64,000 nt of DNA from Planctomycetota bacterium (lineage in GTDB: Bacteria > Planctomycetota > JAJSAM01 > JAJVHW01), in NCBI GenBank assembly GCA_965248445.1, contig CBDFJG010000003.1:1664001-1728000 (forward strand), given 5' to 3'. Shown one piece after another: positions 40,036 to 50,434 of the stretch. The position numbers and the translations under genes are program-made. Below the pieces are notes generated by a model. The model was not told where the DNA came from and did no database searches. It saw only the letters and a program-made list of their open reading frames with translations. The first letter of the stretch is position 1. Every line of letters begins with the position of its first letter.

Positions 40036-40853
40036 ATGCGGGATGACGACGCGGCACCGGAGCCCTCGCACGAAGAGATCGTCGAGCGCGCGGCGCGCGA
40101 GCTCGCAGAACTCGAGCGGCCACCCAGCATGCTCAAGCGTGTGTCGGCGCGCGTGAGGGAGGGTGCTTCGCACCACATCCGACTCGCATTCGAGGAGGTC
40201 AAGGAGAGCCGCGAGGCGTGGAGTCTCCTCAGCGCGCGGGTGCGCACAGGCCGCAAGCTCGAACCCGCGGAGTCTGCGGCCGTGCGCCAGCAACTCATCG
40301 ACGTCATGAAGACGCTGCCGGCGGGCGTGCTCACCGCGGCGACGGGCGCGATCCCGTTCCCCGGAGCGATGCTGCTCGCGCCGTGGATGCTGCAGCGGCT
40401 CGGCCTTCTGCCGTCGCGCTGGCGCGAGGAGGCCGTGCTCGGCCGGCTGCGCGAACAGGCGGAGCACCTGCGCGAGGAAGGCGATCACATCGCCGCGGAG
40501 CGAATGGAGTGCCTGGTCACGGAGTTCGAATCGCGCAGCGAGGATCGCCACGAGATGGCGGAACAGACGACCATGCTCACTCACTGGGATCTCGACGGCA
40601 GCGGCGAGATCGAGGGGATGAGCGCGACGCGTACGACGCCGAGGTGGGGCGGGTGGCCGACCAGATTGCAGAGCGCGAGCATGATCGCTGCCTCTATCTG
40701 CAGCTTCACGGTCACATCGTCGGGCCGATGCGGATCGACGAGACGGAAGAGGCCGACCCGCAGCTGCCGCTGTTCGTCTGCATGGACGGCGAGACGGCGT
40801 GGGTGATGCTCTCCGACCTGCAAGCCGAGGTGGAGCGCCGCACGACTTCATGA
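40036..40853 (+). pseudogene. LETM1-like/EF-hand-motif hypothetical protein with an apparent frameshift at about 40614-40617
   Basis: First frame ends at WDLDGSGEIEG; coding-like continuation DERDAYDAEV...RTTS* in another frame, whose stop overlaps the next ATG. Confidence 0.6.
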
Positions 40854-42031
40854 GCTCCCGGCGCGCGGAGATCCGGCTGGGGCTGACCATGCTCGCGTAC
40901 ATGGTCGTGGTGATCTCGCTCATCACGCTTGCGCCGTTCCGTTTCCACCGTCCCGAGACGTGGACGTTCGTGACGGAGGGCGACGGGTTCGACGTCGTGA
41001 TGAACGCCTTCCTGTTCAGCATCCCCGGGTTCCTGCTGCGGCTCACCACCGGCCGGCGACGGGACGCGTACTGCATCCTCCCGCTCCTCTTCGGCCTCGT
41101 GTTCAGCGCACTCCTCGAGGGCGGGCAGCTGTTCCTGGAGGGGCGGTTCACCAGCCCCGTCGATGTGGCTGCGAACGCGTTCGGCTGCTGGTGCGGCGCT
41201 CAGCTCCACGACGGGCTGGCCCGGCTGCTCGAACGCCGGCTGCCCGGCGTGCTGGCGCTCGAGTTGCCGCTCATGGGGATCGTCTACCTCATCGTGCCCC
41301 TGCTCTGGCTGCACGGGTACGCGAGCGAGGGGAGCGCTGATCGCGAGATGCTTGCTCTCCTGCCCGGACTCGTGGGCGGACTCCTACTCGCATCGGTCTG
41401 GCACCACCGGCTGCGCGCCGCGGGCGTGCTCGGACCGGTACGCGTCGCTCTGATCGCCGGCGGGTGGTTCATGGTCTGTTCGCTCACCGGCGTTCGCGAT
41501 CACGGCCAGCAGTTGCTGCTCGCCTCCGCGGGGCTCTCGGTGCTGGTCTGGCTGACTCTGGTCGCCCCGGCGTTCCTCGCGGTCCCCGGACGGCGATTCG
41601 AACGGACGAGCATCCTGCGGGTCGCGCCGATCTACCTTGCGTACGTCGTTTTCCTGTCGCTCTGGCCGTGGTCCGGCGGTCTGGCGATGAGCGGACTCGA
41701 AGTCAGCGTGCACTACGTCGACTTCGACACGCTCCCAGGTCAGGTTCAGATGCTGCGCGAGCTCGAGTACCTTGCGGCGGCGACGCTGGGTGGGTACTTG
41801 CTGGCGGAGAGCGTTGGACGGCACGAGTCGCGGGCCTCGCTCGCGCTGGTCGCCGCGACGATTGTCGTGATTGCAGCCGCGATCGAGCTACTGCGCGGCT
41901 TTCATCCGGAGTATGCCGCCAGCCTCCTTCGTTTCGCATTCGCGGCGGTCTCCACGGTCTTCGGTGCGGCGATCTACGGCCGGCAGCTCGACGCCGTGCG
42001 GAAACTGGTCGGCGAGATTGCCGCCGACTGA
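40850..42031 (+). CDS. VanZ-like polytopic membrane protein
   Basis: DVVMNAFLFSIPGF, SALLEGGQLFLEGRFTSPVDVAANAFG. Confidence 0.75.
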   Translation: MSSRRAEIRLGLTMLAYMVVVISLITLAPFRFHRPETWTFVTEGDGFDVVMNAFLFSIPGFLLRLTTGRRRDAYCILPLLFGLVFSALLEGGQLFLEGRFTSPVDVAANAFGCWCGAQLHDGLARLLERRLPGVLALELPLMGIVYLIVPLLWLHGYASEGSADREMLALLPGLVGGLLLASVWHHRLRAAGVLGPVRVALIAGGWFMVCSLTGVRDHGQQLLLASAGLSVLVWLTLVAPAFLAVPGRRFERTSILRVAPIYLAYVVFLSLWPWSGGLAMSGLEVSVHYVDFDTLPGQVQMLRELEYLAAATLGGYLLAESVGRHESRASLALVAATIVVIAAAIELLRGFHPEYAASLLRFAFAAVSTVFGAAIYGRQLDAVRKLVGEIAAD

Positions 42032-42052
42032 GTCGTTCGCGTCCGCCGCCCC

Positions 42053-43054
42053 GTGGCGAACAATGCGCCCGTGCCCGACCGCGTGAACGCCGACCTCCGC
42101 CAGATCAGCGTCGGGCGTGCGCTCGCAGCCGGCCTCGCGATGGGAACTGCCGACGCGGTCCCGGGCGTCTCCGGCGGCACGATCGCGCTCATCATCGGCA
42201 TCTACGAGCGGCTGATCGGCGCGCTGCATGCCGCGACCTCACTGGTTCGCCCTCCGTACGACCGCGCGTCGTGGCGTGCGTTCCGCGGCTCGCTGCCGTT
42301 CCTGGTGCCGTTGTTCGTCGGAATCGCAGTGGCACTGTTCGTCGCGACCAAACTGCTGGTCGGCGACGTGCCCCGACCGGAGGGTGGGAACGGTCAGCAG
42401 CTCGCGCAGCAATTGCTCACCACGCCGCCGAAGGGCTGGCTTGTGCGGCCGGACGCTGCACCGATCGTGTTCGCGTTCTTCTTCGGTCTCGTCGTGTGCA
42501 GCGTCAACGTGCCCTGGAAGGCCAAGCGCGAGACGCGCGGCGTCGACTGGCTGCTCTTGCTCGTGGGGGCCGCGCTTGCCGCTGGCATGTCACTCGCGAC
42601 GCCGGCGGGCGGCGCGACGACACCACTCGCGCTGCTCGGTGCGGGAGTCGTGGGAATCTCCGTCATGCTGCTGCCCGGCGTGAGCGGAAGCCTCGCGCTG
42701 CTCGTGCTCGGGATGTATCAACCGATCTCGGGCGCAGTTCACTCGCGTGAGTGGGGCATCCTCGCGTGGTTCGGACTCGGCCTCGTGCTCGGCGTCACGT
42801 TCTTCGTGCCCGTATTGCGGCAGCTGCTCGCCCGCGCGCACGACCGTACCATGTCGTTCCTCACCGGCCTGATGGCAGGCAGTCTCGTGGCGCTCTGGCC
42901 GTGGAAGGCGCACTACCTCCCACGGTTCATCGAGTGGCTGGGACCGATGGAGCCCGGCGCGCCCACGGGTTCGTGGTGGTGGCCGGCGCTCGCCGCCGTC
43001 GCGGGCGGCGCCGTCATCCTGTCGGTCGCGCGGCTGGCCCGCGCGACCGATTGA
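42053..43054 (+). CDS. DUF368 family membrane protein (undecaprenyl-phosphate translocase family)
   Basis: MGTADAVPGVSGGTIALIIGIYERLI and MLLPGVSGS repeats. Confidence 0.92.
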   Translation: MANNAPVPDRVNADLRQISVGRALAAGLAMGTADAVPGVSGGTIALIIGIYERLIGALHAATSLVRPPYDRASWRAFRGSLPFLVPLFVGIAVALFVATKLLVGDVPRPEGGNGQQLAQQLLTTPPKGWLVRPDAAPIVFAFFFGLVVCSVNVPWKAKRETRGVDWLLLLVGAALAAGMSLATPAGGATTPLALLGAGVVGISVMLLPGVSGSLALLVLGMYQPISGAVHSREWGILAWFGLGLVLGVTFFVPVLRQLLARAHDRTMSFLTGLMAGSLVALWPWKAHYLPRFIEWLGPMEPGAPTGSWWWPALAAVAGGAVILSVARLARATD

Positions 43055-43074
43055 GTCGTCTGAGACGGTCTCCG

Positions 43075-43620
43075 CTAGGCCCTGTAGATCTCGACGCGTT
43101 CGAGGGTCGTCTTGCCGTTGCCGGCGGCCGCGATCTGTGCGACCAGCTCGACGCCGGAGGTCACCTTGCCGAACACGGTGTGCTTGCCGTCCAGATGCGG
43201 AGTGGCGACCTCGGTGATGAAGAACTGCGAGCCGTTCGTGGCGGGGCCGGCGTTGGCCATCGAGAGCACACCCGGCACGTCGTGCGTGAGATCCGCGACG
43301 ATCTCGTCGCCGAACGACCAGCCCGGGCCGCCCGTCCCGTTGCCCTTCGGACAGCCGCACTGGATCATGAACTGCGGGATGACGCGATGGAACGCCATGT
43401 CCTGGTAGAGCGGTTCGTTCGACGCTCCGCCGGTCGGCGTCTTCCACTCGACCGTGCCGCTTGAGAGGGCCACGAAGTTCCGGATCGTCTCCGGCGCCTG
43501 CTTCTCGTAGAGCTCCGCTTCGAGGTTGCCGGCCGACGTCACGAAACGCGCCATCAGCGCTCCGTCACCCTCCACGCTCACCTCGGGGGCCGGAGAGCCC
43601 TTCTTTCCCTTACCGAACAT
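43075..43620 (-). CDS. Cyclophilin-type peptidyl-prolyl isomerase
   Basis: FHRVIPQFMIQCGCP.G.GTGGPG, LSMANAGPATNGSQFFIT, HLDGKHTVFG. Confidence 0.95.
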   Translation of the reverse strand: MFGKGKKGSPAPEVSVEGDGALMARFVTSAGNLEAELYEKQAPETIRNFVALSSGTVEWKTPTGGASNEPLYQDMAFHRVIPQFMIQCGCPKGNGTGGPGWSFGDEIVADLTHDVPGVLSMANAGPATNGSQFFITEVATPHLDGKHTVFGKVTSGVELVAQIAAAGNGKTTLERVEIYRA

Positions 43621-43636
43621 CGTGTCCTCCTGTGCG

Positions 43637-44386
43637 CTACGCGGCGCTGGTCGATTTCTCCGGCCGCTGCTGCGGCCGTGTGCTGTCTTCGTCGAACGGA
43701 CAGTTCTCGTCCCGTCGCCGTTCCAGGTCGCGCACCACGGCGCGCTTGAACCCCCTTTCGCCGGCCAACGCGAGCATCTCCTCGCGGTACTCCGCGATGT
43801 CCACACTCTCGTAGCGCAGGCGAACCGTCTGGAACAGGCTGGGCAACTTCTCCCCGGGAGCCTGAATGCTGTGCAGGCCGCCGCTGTACCCGATCACCAT
43901 GCGTCCGCATGGGATCGTCTTGATGATGTCGGCGACCCCTCCACGCACCGTCATCGGGCGCCCGTCCTTGTCGAGTCCGTCCCGCCGCATCATCCGGCCC
44001 TCGGGCATCATCACGATGACCGAGTCGGGCTGGATGGCCGCCAACATCTCGGACCACGTCGAGTCCCGCTTCCTGCTGACCGTGATGACCTGCGCCGCGA
44101 TCGAGCGGAAGAAGAGGCCGGCAAGGGGTCGCTTGAGGGTCACGTCGGCGATCGGCAGCGCACCGACCGTCGCCATGCGCCACAGGATGCGGTTGGGGAT
44201 GGCCGCCGTGAACACGGGCTCGAACAGGCTGGTGTGGTTCAGCAGGATGCCGACGCGCATGTCCCGCCACGGGTCTTCGTCGTCCGGGGTCCCCGGAACC
44301 CACTCGTGCCGGACCCGGAAGAACAGCCACGAGAGCATTCTCACGGAGAACAGCACAACGAAGACGAACGCTGCGCGCACGCTCAC
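43637..44386 (-). CDS. PlsC-like lysophospholipid acyltransferase
   Basis: NHTSLFE (HX4D/E) and MPEGR motifs. Confidence 0.75.
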   Translation of the reverse strand: MSVRAAFVFVVLFSVRMLSWLFFRVRHEWVPGTPDDEDPWRDMRVGILLNHTSLFEPVFTAAIPNRILWRMATVGALPIADVTLKRPLAGLFFRSIAAQVITVSRKRDSTWSEMLAAIQPDSVIVMMPEGRMMRRDGLDKDGRPMTVRGGVADIIKTIPCGRMVIGYSGGLHSIQAPGEKLPSLFQTVRLRYESVDIAEYREEMLALAGERGFKRAVVRDLERRRDENCPFDEDSTRPQQRPEKSTSAA

Positions 44387-44605
44387 GCCCCCGGCCCCGG
44401 TGCAGCCTCCATCTGGTCCTGTCTACCGCACGAGGCGGCCCTCCCGGAGGCGATCCCGGGCGGGGAGCCGGATGCCGGGAACAGGGGCCTGCCCGCCGGC
44501 TGTTCGAGGGACGGCCGGGATCCCCGCGCCGCAAATCCGACTAATCTGGGATGCTCCGGACCGGCCCGGTGCGCAGGCAGGCAGGAACCCAGGACAGGGA
44601 CAACC

Positions 44606-45982
44606 ATGAAACGAATCATCATCCTGACGGCAGCGGTGCTGCTCACCGGCATCTCGTTGCCGCAGCCCGTGCGGGCGATGCCTGCGAACTTCGCGCTGTT
44701 CGCGCCCGTCGAGACGGAACTGATCCGGCGCCTCGACGAGGAGCTCACCGGCACGCTGGACCGCGCCGAGAAGAAGCAGCAGCGCGCCGTCAAATCGGCG
44801 TTGAAGAAGTTCCGCAAGTCGTCGCCGGGACTGTCGAAAGATTTCCAGGTGGCTCAGCAGACGTCCAAGAAGCTCGCGAAGGCGTACCCCGATGAGTTCC
44901 CCGACGCAGGCACGCTGGGCACTCTCTACTCGACGCTGCTGGACGAGATGCAGATCGTGCTGGCCGAGTCGCGCGAGGTGACGGCGGCGCGCGCACCCGA
45001 CTCCGCTGCGAAGCCGGAGGACATCCTCGCCGCAGCCGTCATCAAGTCCGACGCCGCGGTGACGGTGGCGGACGCACAGACCACCGTGGACGGGAGAGCG
45101 AAGCAGCTGCGCAAGGCCGCCAAGGCGCTCGAGGCCGGGAACAAGAAGGCGAGCAAGAAGCGATTCGGCGACTACATGACCGCCGCGATCGAGGGCGTGC
45201 AGTTCGTCGCTGCGGACATCACAGCGAGTTTCACGCCCACGATTCTCGGGTCGGAGGAAGGAGACATCGTCGACGTCTCCGGCTCGTTCACGACAGCCGG
45301 TGGCGACCTCTGTGAGCTCGGTTTCTCGGCCGTCGAGATCACGAAGAGGGGGACCTACACGCTTTCCGGTACCGCGACGGCCTCGGTCTCGGAGACCCCG
45401 TTCGGTGAAGCGCAACGGGGTTTCGTACTCGTTCCTGGCTCGGGATCACTGGTGGTCAAGAAGTTCGACCTGAAGAACCCGTGGATCGAGGGAACGTTCT
45501 CCTTCGAGGCAGACGGACCCGACGGTTCGCGCTCCGTGATGCTCGGCGCGTTCGGCGTCGCGCCCACCATTTCCACCGGCGGCGGCCCCGGCTCGCAATC
45601 CGTGTCGTATGAGTGGGACGGCAACCTCGTGAACGCCGCCGATGAGACGATCGTGATCCGGTATCTGCAAGGGACCGGAGAGTTTTTCATCGAGGCAGGG
45701 CGCGTCGACCTGACGTTCGGTCTCACCGATGCCGTGACGATCGCAGCGACGGGCGTCACCGTTGCCGACACGTTCGCGGTGGGGGCCGGTGCGGACGGTG
45801 TGTTCAGCCAGCCGCCTCTCGACCCCGCGCCGCTCGTCACCGGTGCGCTCGTCATCACGTCTCTCGACGTGCCGGGCAAGAGCGCGGAGGGCACTTTCTC
45901 GTTCACCGCGATGCGCGACGCGACGACCATCACCATCGCGAGTGGCGAATTCTCGACGACGCAGCTCGACGTCCAGGAGTAG
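44606..45982 (+). CDS. Secreted hypothetical protein (helical N-domain plus two beta-sandwich repeats)
   Basis: Signal peptide ending VRA; duplicated G.L.I...D......EGTFSF.A motif. Confidence 0.75.
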   Translation: MKRIIILTAAVLLTGISLPQPVRAMPANFALFAPVETELIRRLDEELTGTLDRAEKKQQRAVKSALKKFRKSSPGLSKDFQVAQQTSKKLAKAYPDEFPDAGTLGTLYSTLLDEMQIVLAESREVTAARAPDSAAKPEDILAAAVIKSDAAVTVADAQTTVDGRAKQLRKAAKALEAGNKKASKKRFGDYMTAAIEGVQFVAADITASFTPTILGSEEGDIVDVSGSFTTAGGDLCELGFSAVEITKRGTYTLSGTATASVSETPFGEAQRGFVLVPGSGSLVVKKFDLKNPWIEGTFSFEADGPDGSRSVMLGAFGVAPTISTGGGPGSQSVSYEWDGNLVNAADETIVIRYLQGTGEFFIEAGRVDLTFGLTDAVTIAATGVTVADTFAVGAGADGVFSQPPLDPAPLVTGALVITSLDVPGKSAEGTFSFTAMRDATTITIASGEFSTTQLDVQE

Positions 45983-46008
45983 CGGCCGCGACGGCCGGCC
46001 CAAGCGGG

Positions 46009-47826
46009 CTAGCTGCGCTGGCGCTCGTCGCGCTTGCGCAAGCTGTGGTCCAAGATGCGCTTACGGACGCGGATGCTCTGTGGCGTGACTTCCACGAGTT
46101 CGTCGTCGCCGATGAACTCCAGCGCCTCTTCGAGTGACATGACGCGCGGTGGCGTGAGAACGATGTTCTCGTCACTGCCCGCTGCACGCACGTTCGTGAG
46201 CTTCTTGCCGCGATGCGGGTTCACGACGAGATCGTTGTCGCGGTTGTTGATGCCGACGATCTGCCCGTGATACGTCTTCTCTCCCGGCGCGACGAGCAGC
46301 ACGCCTCGCTCCTGGAGCGTGAAGAGCGTGTACCCGGCGCACGCGCCGTCGTCCTGCGAGACCAGTACGCCGTTCTTGCGCGGCTTGCGCCGCGGCTTTG
46401 CCGGTCCATAGTGGCTGAACAGATGGACTAGCGTTCCCGTGCCGCGCGTGTCGGTCACGAACTCGGAGCGATAGCCGATCAGGCCGCGGCTCGGCACGGT
46501 CCAGCGCATGCGCGTCTGACCGTCCGGCGCCGTGAGCAGTTCGTCGAGTTGTCCGCCGCGCTGGTTCAGCTTCTGGATCACGCTGCCGGAGTGCTGCTCG
46601 TGACAGTCGGCCACGACCTCCTCGTAGGGTTCCTCCATCTTTCCGTCACGCTCGCGGCGGATGACCCGCGGGCGGCTGACCGAGAGCTCGTAGCCCTCCC
46701 GGCGCATCGTCTCGATGAGCACGGACAGGTGCAGCGTGCCTCGCCCCGCGACGTTGAACGTCTCCCGGGTCGGTCCGGGTCCGATACGCAAGCCGACGTT
46801 TGCCAGCGCCTCGCGTTCGAGGCGCTCTCCGATCTGGCGACTCGTGACGTACTTGCCCTCGCGGCCTGCGAACGGGCTGGTGTTCGCCGAGAACGTCATC
46901 GCGAGGGTCGGCTCGTCGATGTGCAGCGTCTCCAGCGGTTCCGGACAGTCGACCGGACAGAGCGTATCGCCGACCGTGGCCGTGCCGGCGCCGGCCAGCG
47001 CGACGATGTCGCCCGCCTGAGCGGACTCGACGTCCACGCGCTCCAGTCCGTCGAAGCTCATCAGCTTCGTGACCTTGAACTGCTCCCGTTCGCCGTCGGT
47101 CTTGCAGATCACAGCCTGCATCCCGCGTGAGATCGAACCCCGGCGGATGCGGCCGATGGCGATGCGGCCGAGGAACTCGGAGTAGTCCAGGGTCGCGACC
47201 TGGAGCTGGAGCGGCGCGTCGACGTCGGACGGCGGCGGTGGAACGTGCTCGACGATCGCCTCGAACAGCGGCGTCAGGTCCTTGCGTTCGTCGTCGAGCT
47301 CGTGCATCGCCCAGCCGTCGCGGGCGGACGCATAGATGTGTGGGAAGTCGAGCTGCGCATCCGTGGCCTCGAGGTTGACGAATAGGTCGAAGACCTCGGA
47401 GAGCGCGTCGTCGCTGCGCTCCGGAGCGCGGTCCACCTTGTTGATGACGACGATCGCCTTGTGGCCGAGTTCCAGCGCCTTGGACAGGACGTATCGCGTC
47501 TGCGGCATGGGTCCTTCGGCCGCATCGACGATCAGGAGCACGCCGTCGACCATGCGGAGCACGCGCTCGACCTCGCTGCCGAAGTCGGAGTGGCCGGGAG
47601 TGTCGATCACGTTGATCCGGAACCCGCCCCACGTGACGGACGTGTTCTTCGACAGGATCGTGATGCCGCGCTCGCGTTCCTGGTCGTTCGAGTCCGTGAC
47701 TCGATCGGTCAGCTGCGCGCCCTCGCGGAATGCGCCGGCCTGCTGGAGGAGCACGTCCACGAGAGTCGTCTTCCCGTGATCCACGTGGGCCACGATGGCC
47801 ACATTTCGGATTGCGCGCGGGGGCAT
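46009..47826 (-). CDS. typA: Translational GTPase TypA/BipA
   Basis: IRNVAIVAHVDHGKTTLVD, RERGITILSKN, DTPGH, NKVD, GRGTLHLSVLIETMRREGYE, KKLTNVRAAGSDE. Confidence 0.97.
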   Translation of the reverse strand: MPPRAIRNVAIVAHVDHGKTTLVDVLLQQAGAFREGAQLTDRVTDSNDQERERGITILSKNTSVTWGGFRINVIDTPGHSDFGSEVERVLRMVDGVLLIVDAAEGPMPQTRYVLSKALELGHKAIVVINKVDRAPERSDDALSEVFDLFVNLEATDAQLDFPHIYASARDGWAMHELDDERKDLTPLFEAIVEHVPPPPSDVDAPLQLQVATLDYSEFLGRIAIGRIRRGSISRGMQAVICKTDGEREQFKVTKLMSFDGLERVDVESAQAGDIVALAGAGTATVGDTLCPVDCPEPLETLHIDEPTLAMTFSANTSPFAGREGKYVTSRQIGERLEREALANVGLRIGPGPTRETFNVAGRGTLHLSVLIETMRREGYELSVSRPRVIRRERDGKMEEPYEEVVADCHEQHSGSVIQKLNQRGGQLDELLTAPDGQTRMRWTVPSRGLIGYRSEFVTDTRGTGTLVHLFSHYGPAKPRRKPRKNGVLVSQDDGACAGYTLFTLQERGVLLVAPGEKTYHGQIVGINNRDNDLVVNPHRGKKLTNVRAAGSDENIVLTPPRVMSLEEALEFIGDDELVEVTPQSIRVRKRILDHSLRKRDERQRS

Positions 47827-47972
47827 GGGGGGAGAGGACCAGCCGTCGAGACGGCGGTCAACAAAGGGCGGGCCCCGCTCCGGCCGGGTGGCAAGGAGGG
47901 CGGCTTGCGTGGCTGCGTCCCTCTGCGCGCACGGAGCGCGACCCGGCGAGCGGGAAATCGTACCCTCGCCGC

Positions 47973-49058
47973 ATGCCGCCCGGCGCCCCCCCGACCGACC
48001 TCCGCGACCTGACGCGTGAGGAGTGCCGCGCGTTCGCCGAATCGCTCGGCGAGCCGGCATATCGCGGCGATCAGGTGTTTCGGTGGGTCTGGCGCAGCGG
48101 GGCTCGCGATTGTGCGTCGATGACGAACCTCCCCGCGGATCTCCGTACGACCCTCTCCGATAACGCCCGCGTCAGCGCTGCCGAGACCGTGCGTGTGGAC
48201 GAGAGCCTCGACGGCACGCGGAAACTGCTCATACGGTTGGAGGACGGGAACCTCGTCGAGACAGTTCTCATCCCCGACGGAGAGCGCCTCACTCTTTGCG
48301 TCTCGTCGCAGGTGGGGTGCGCGCTGGCGTGTGCGTTCTGTGCGACGGGCACCATGGGACTTGCGCGTCACATGCGGCCGGGCGAGATCGTGTGGCAGGT
48401 CCTGGCGGCCCAACGTGTGCTGATGGGCGACGACGCCGACTGGCGAAAATCCGATCCCGCCAGCCGACCTGTCACGAACATCGTGTTCATGGGCATGGGC
48501 GAACCGCTTCACAACTTCAAGGGCACGATGGCGGCGCTCCGCATCCTGACCGACGCCGACGCGTTCTCGTACGCACCGCACCGCATCACGGTCTCGACGG
48601 TGGGGCTCGTTCCGCAGATGATCGAACTGGGCGAGACGATCCCGGTTCGACTCGCCGTGTCGTTGCACGCGGGGGACGCCGAGACGCGGCGGGAGATCAT
48701 GCCCATCGATCGCAAGTACTCGATGGACGAGGTGCTCGCCGCCTGCCGCCGCTTCCCGCTGAAGGCGCGTGAGCGCATCACGTTCGAATACGTGCTTCTC
48801 GCAGGCGTGAACGACCGGCCCGAGGACGCTCGCAATCTGGCGACTGCGCTCGACGGAATGCGTTGCATGGTCAATCTGCTCCCGTTCAACGAGCACGACG
48901 GTGCGCGCTTCACGCGGCCGGACGACAAGAGCGTCGCCGCCTTCTCCGAGAGTCTGCGGGCCGTCGGTGTCTCTACGTTCGTGCGCACGACGCGTGGGCG
49001 GGACATCGCCGCAGCGTGCGGCCAACTGGCGGTCGCCGACACCGGGGCTGCGACGTGA
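47973..49058 (+). CDS. rlmN: 23S rRNA/tRNA adenine C2-methyltransferase RlmN
   Basis: CVSSQVGCALACAFCATG, NIVFMGMGEP, ITFEYVLL.GVND, RGRDIAAACGQL. Confidence 0.96.
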   Translation: MPPGAPPTDLRDLTREECRAFAESLGEPAYRGDQVFRWVWRSGARDCASMTNLPADLRTTLSDNARVSAAETVRVDESLDGTRKLLIRLEDGNLVETVLIPDGERLTLCVSSQVGCALACAFCATGTMGLARHMRPGEIVWQVLAAQRVLMGDDADWRKSDPASRPVTNIVFMGMGEPLHNFKGTMAALRILTDADAFSYAPHRITVSTVGLVPQMIELGETIPVRLAVSLHAGDAETRREIMPIDRKYSMDEVLAACRRFPLKARERITFEYVLLAGVNDRPEDARNLATALDGMRCMVNLLPFNEHDGARFTRPDDKSVAAFSESLRAVGVSTFVRTTRGRDIAAACGQLAVADTGAAT

Positions 49059-50428
49059 GCCCGCTTCCGAAGCCCGGCGACAGCCAGTTGAGCGAGGGCA
49101 CCATGCTGGCGCACTACCGCGTCGAGGCGCCGCTCGGCCGCGGCGCCATGGGAACCGTCTACCTCGCCCACGACACGTCGCTCGAGCGATCCGTAGCCGT
49201 GAAGGTGCTGCACAGCGAGATCGCTCGCGAGCCGGACATCGCCCGCCGCTTCGAGCGCGAGGCCCGGGCCGCTGCGCGCGTGAGCCACCCGAACATCACG
49301 CACGTGTACTTCGTCGGCGGCGACGACGACCAGCGCTTCTTCGTGATGGAGTACGTGCCCGGCGAGAGCCTCTACGAGCACGTCCAGGAGTGGGGCGCCC
49401 TTCCGTTCGACCAGGCGCTCGATGTCCTGCGCGACGCCGCGCGCGGGCTGTCGGCTGCCCACGAGGCCGGTGTCATCCATCGCGACGTGAAGCCGTCGAA
49501 CCTCATGTTCCTTCCGGACGGCTCCGTGAAGGTGGCGGACTTCGGTCTCGCCAAGTCGCTCGGCGGAGACATGGACGCCACGGGCGCGGGCCGCGTGATG
49601 GGCACACCGCGCTACATGAGCCCCGAGCAGTGCAAGGGCGACGAGATCGACGCCCGCACCGACGTCTACTCGCTGGGCCTCACGGGTTTCTTTCTGCTCA
49701 GCGGGATGCACGCATTCGACGGCGAGACACTCGGCAGGGTGATCGCAGATCAGTTGAACAAGCGGTTGCCCGACGTGACGACGCTGCGTGAGGATCTGCC
49801 GGTCTCGGCCCACACGCTGCTTGTGAGGTTGTGCGCGAAAGATCCCGATGACCGTCCCGGTTCGATGCAGGAGGTGCTGCGCCTCATCGAGGACGCCCGG
49901 CCGAAGACGATCGATCCGGCGCCGCTCTTCTCGCGCGGCGGAGCCTTCCTGATCGACGCGTTCCTCGCGTTCGTCCTGTTCCTGGTCAGCTACGTGACGG
50001 TCGAGGGGATCACGTTCTCGATCTTCGAGGGCGTGATCGGAGAGTGGGTGCGCCGCATCCTGATGATCGCGGTCGCCGGCGGCCTGCAACTGATGCTGCT
50101 GGTCGGGATGGAGCGGCGCTGGGGCGCCACCCCCGGGAAGCTGGCCTTCCAACTGTGTGTGGTGACTGCGGTCGGCACACAGCCTTCGTGGCGTGCCTTG
50201 ATCGTGCGCTTCGTGTTGCGACTGCCGATCTTCGCACTCCTGATCTTGCCTGGTCCGGAGACCTGGGTCATCGCGTTCCTGGCCGTGATCGCACTCCAGG
50301 TTCTGTTCATCGTGACGGGTGTTGTGTGCTTCGTGATCCTGGACCGCCGCACGATGAGCGACGTGATGACCGGGACCCGCGTCGTGCACCAGGCCGCCCC
50401 GACGGCCATCGAAGTCGCAGCGGACTGA
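49055..50428 (+). CDS. Hanks-type Ser/Thr protein kinase with C-terminal RDD membrane domain
   Basis: LGRGAMGTVY, VAVKVL, HRDVKPSN, DFGLAK, GTPRYMSPEQ; R..AFLID, GATPGK, RRTMSDVMTGT.VV. Confidence 0.9.
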   Translation: MSPLPKPGDSQLSEGTMLAHYRVEAPLGRGAMGTVYLAHDTSLERSVAVKVLHSEIAREPDIARRFEREARAAARVSHPNITHVYFVGGDDDQRFFVMEYVPGESLYEHVQEWGALPFDQALDVLRDAARGLSAAHEAGVIHRDVKPSNLMFLPDGSVKVADFGLAKSLGGDMDATGAGRVMGTPRYMSPEQCKGDEIDARTDVYSLGLTGFFLLSGMHAFDGETLGRVIADQLNKRLPDVTTLREDLPVSAHTLLVRLCAKDPDDRPGSMQEVLRLIEDARPKTIDPAPLFSRGGAFLIDAFLAFVLFLVSYVTVEGITFSIFEGVIGEWVRRILMIAVAGGLQLMLLVGMERRWGATPGKLAFQLCVVTAVGTQPSWRALIVRFVLRLPIFALLILPGPETWVIAFLAVIALQVLFIVTGVVCFVILDRRTMSDVMTGTRVVHQAAPTAIEVAAD

Positions 50429-50434
50429 GAGAGG

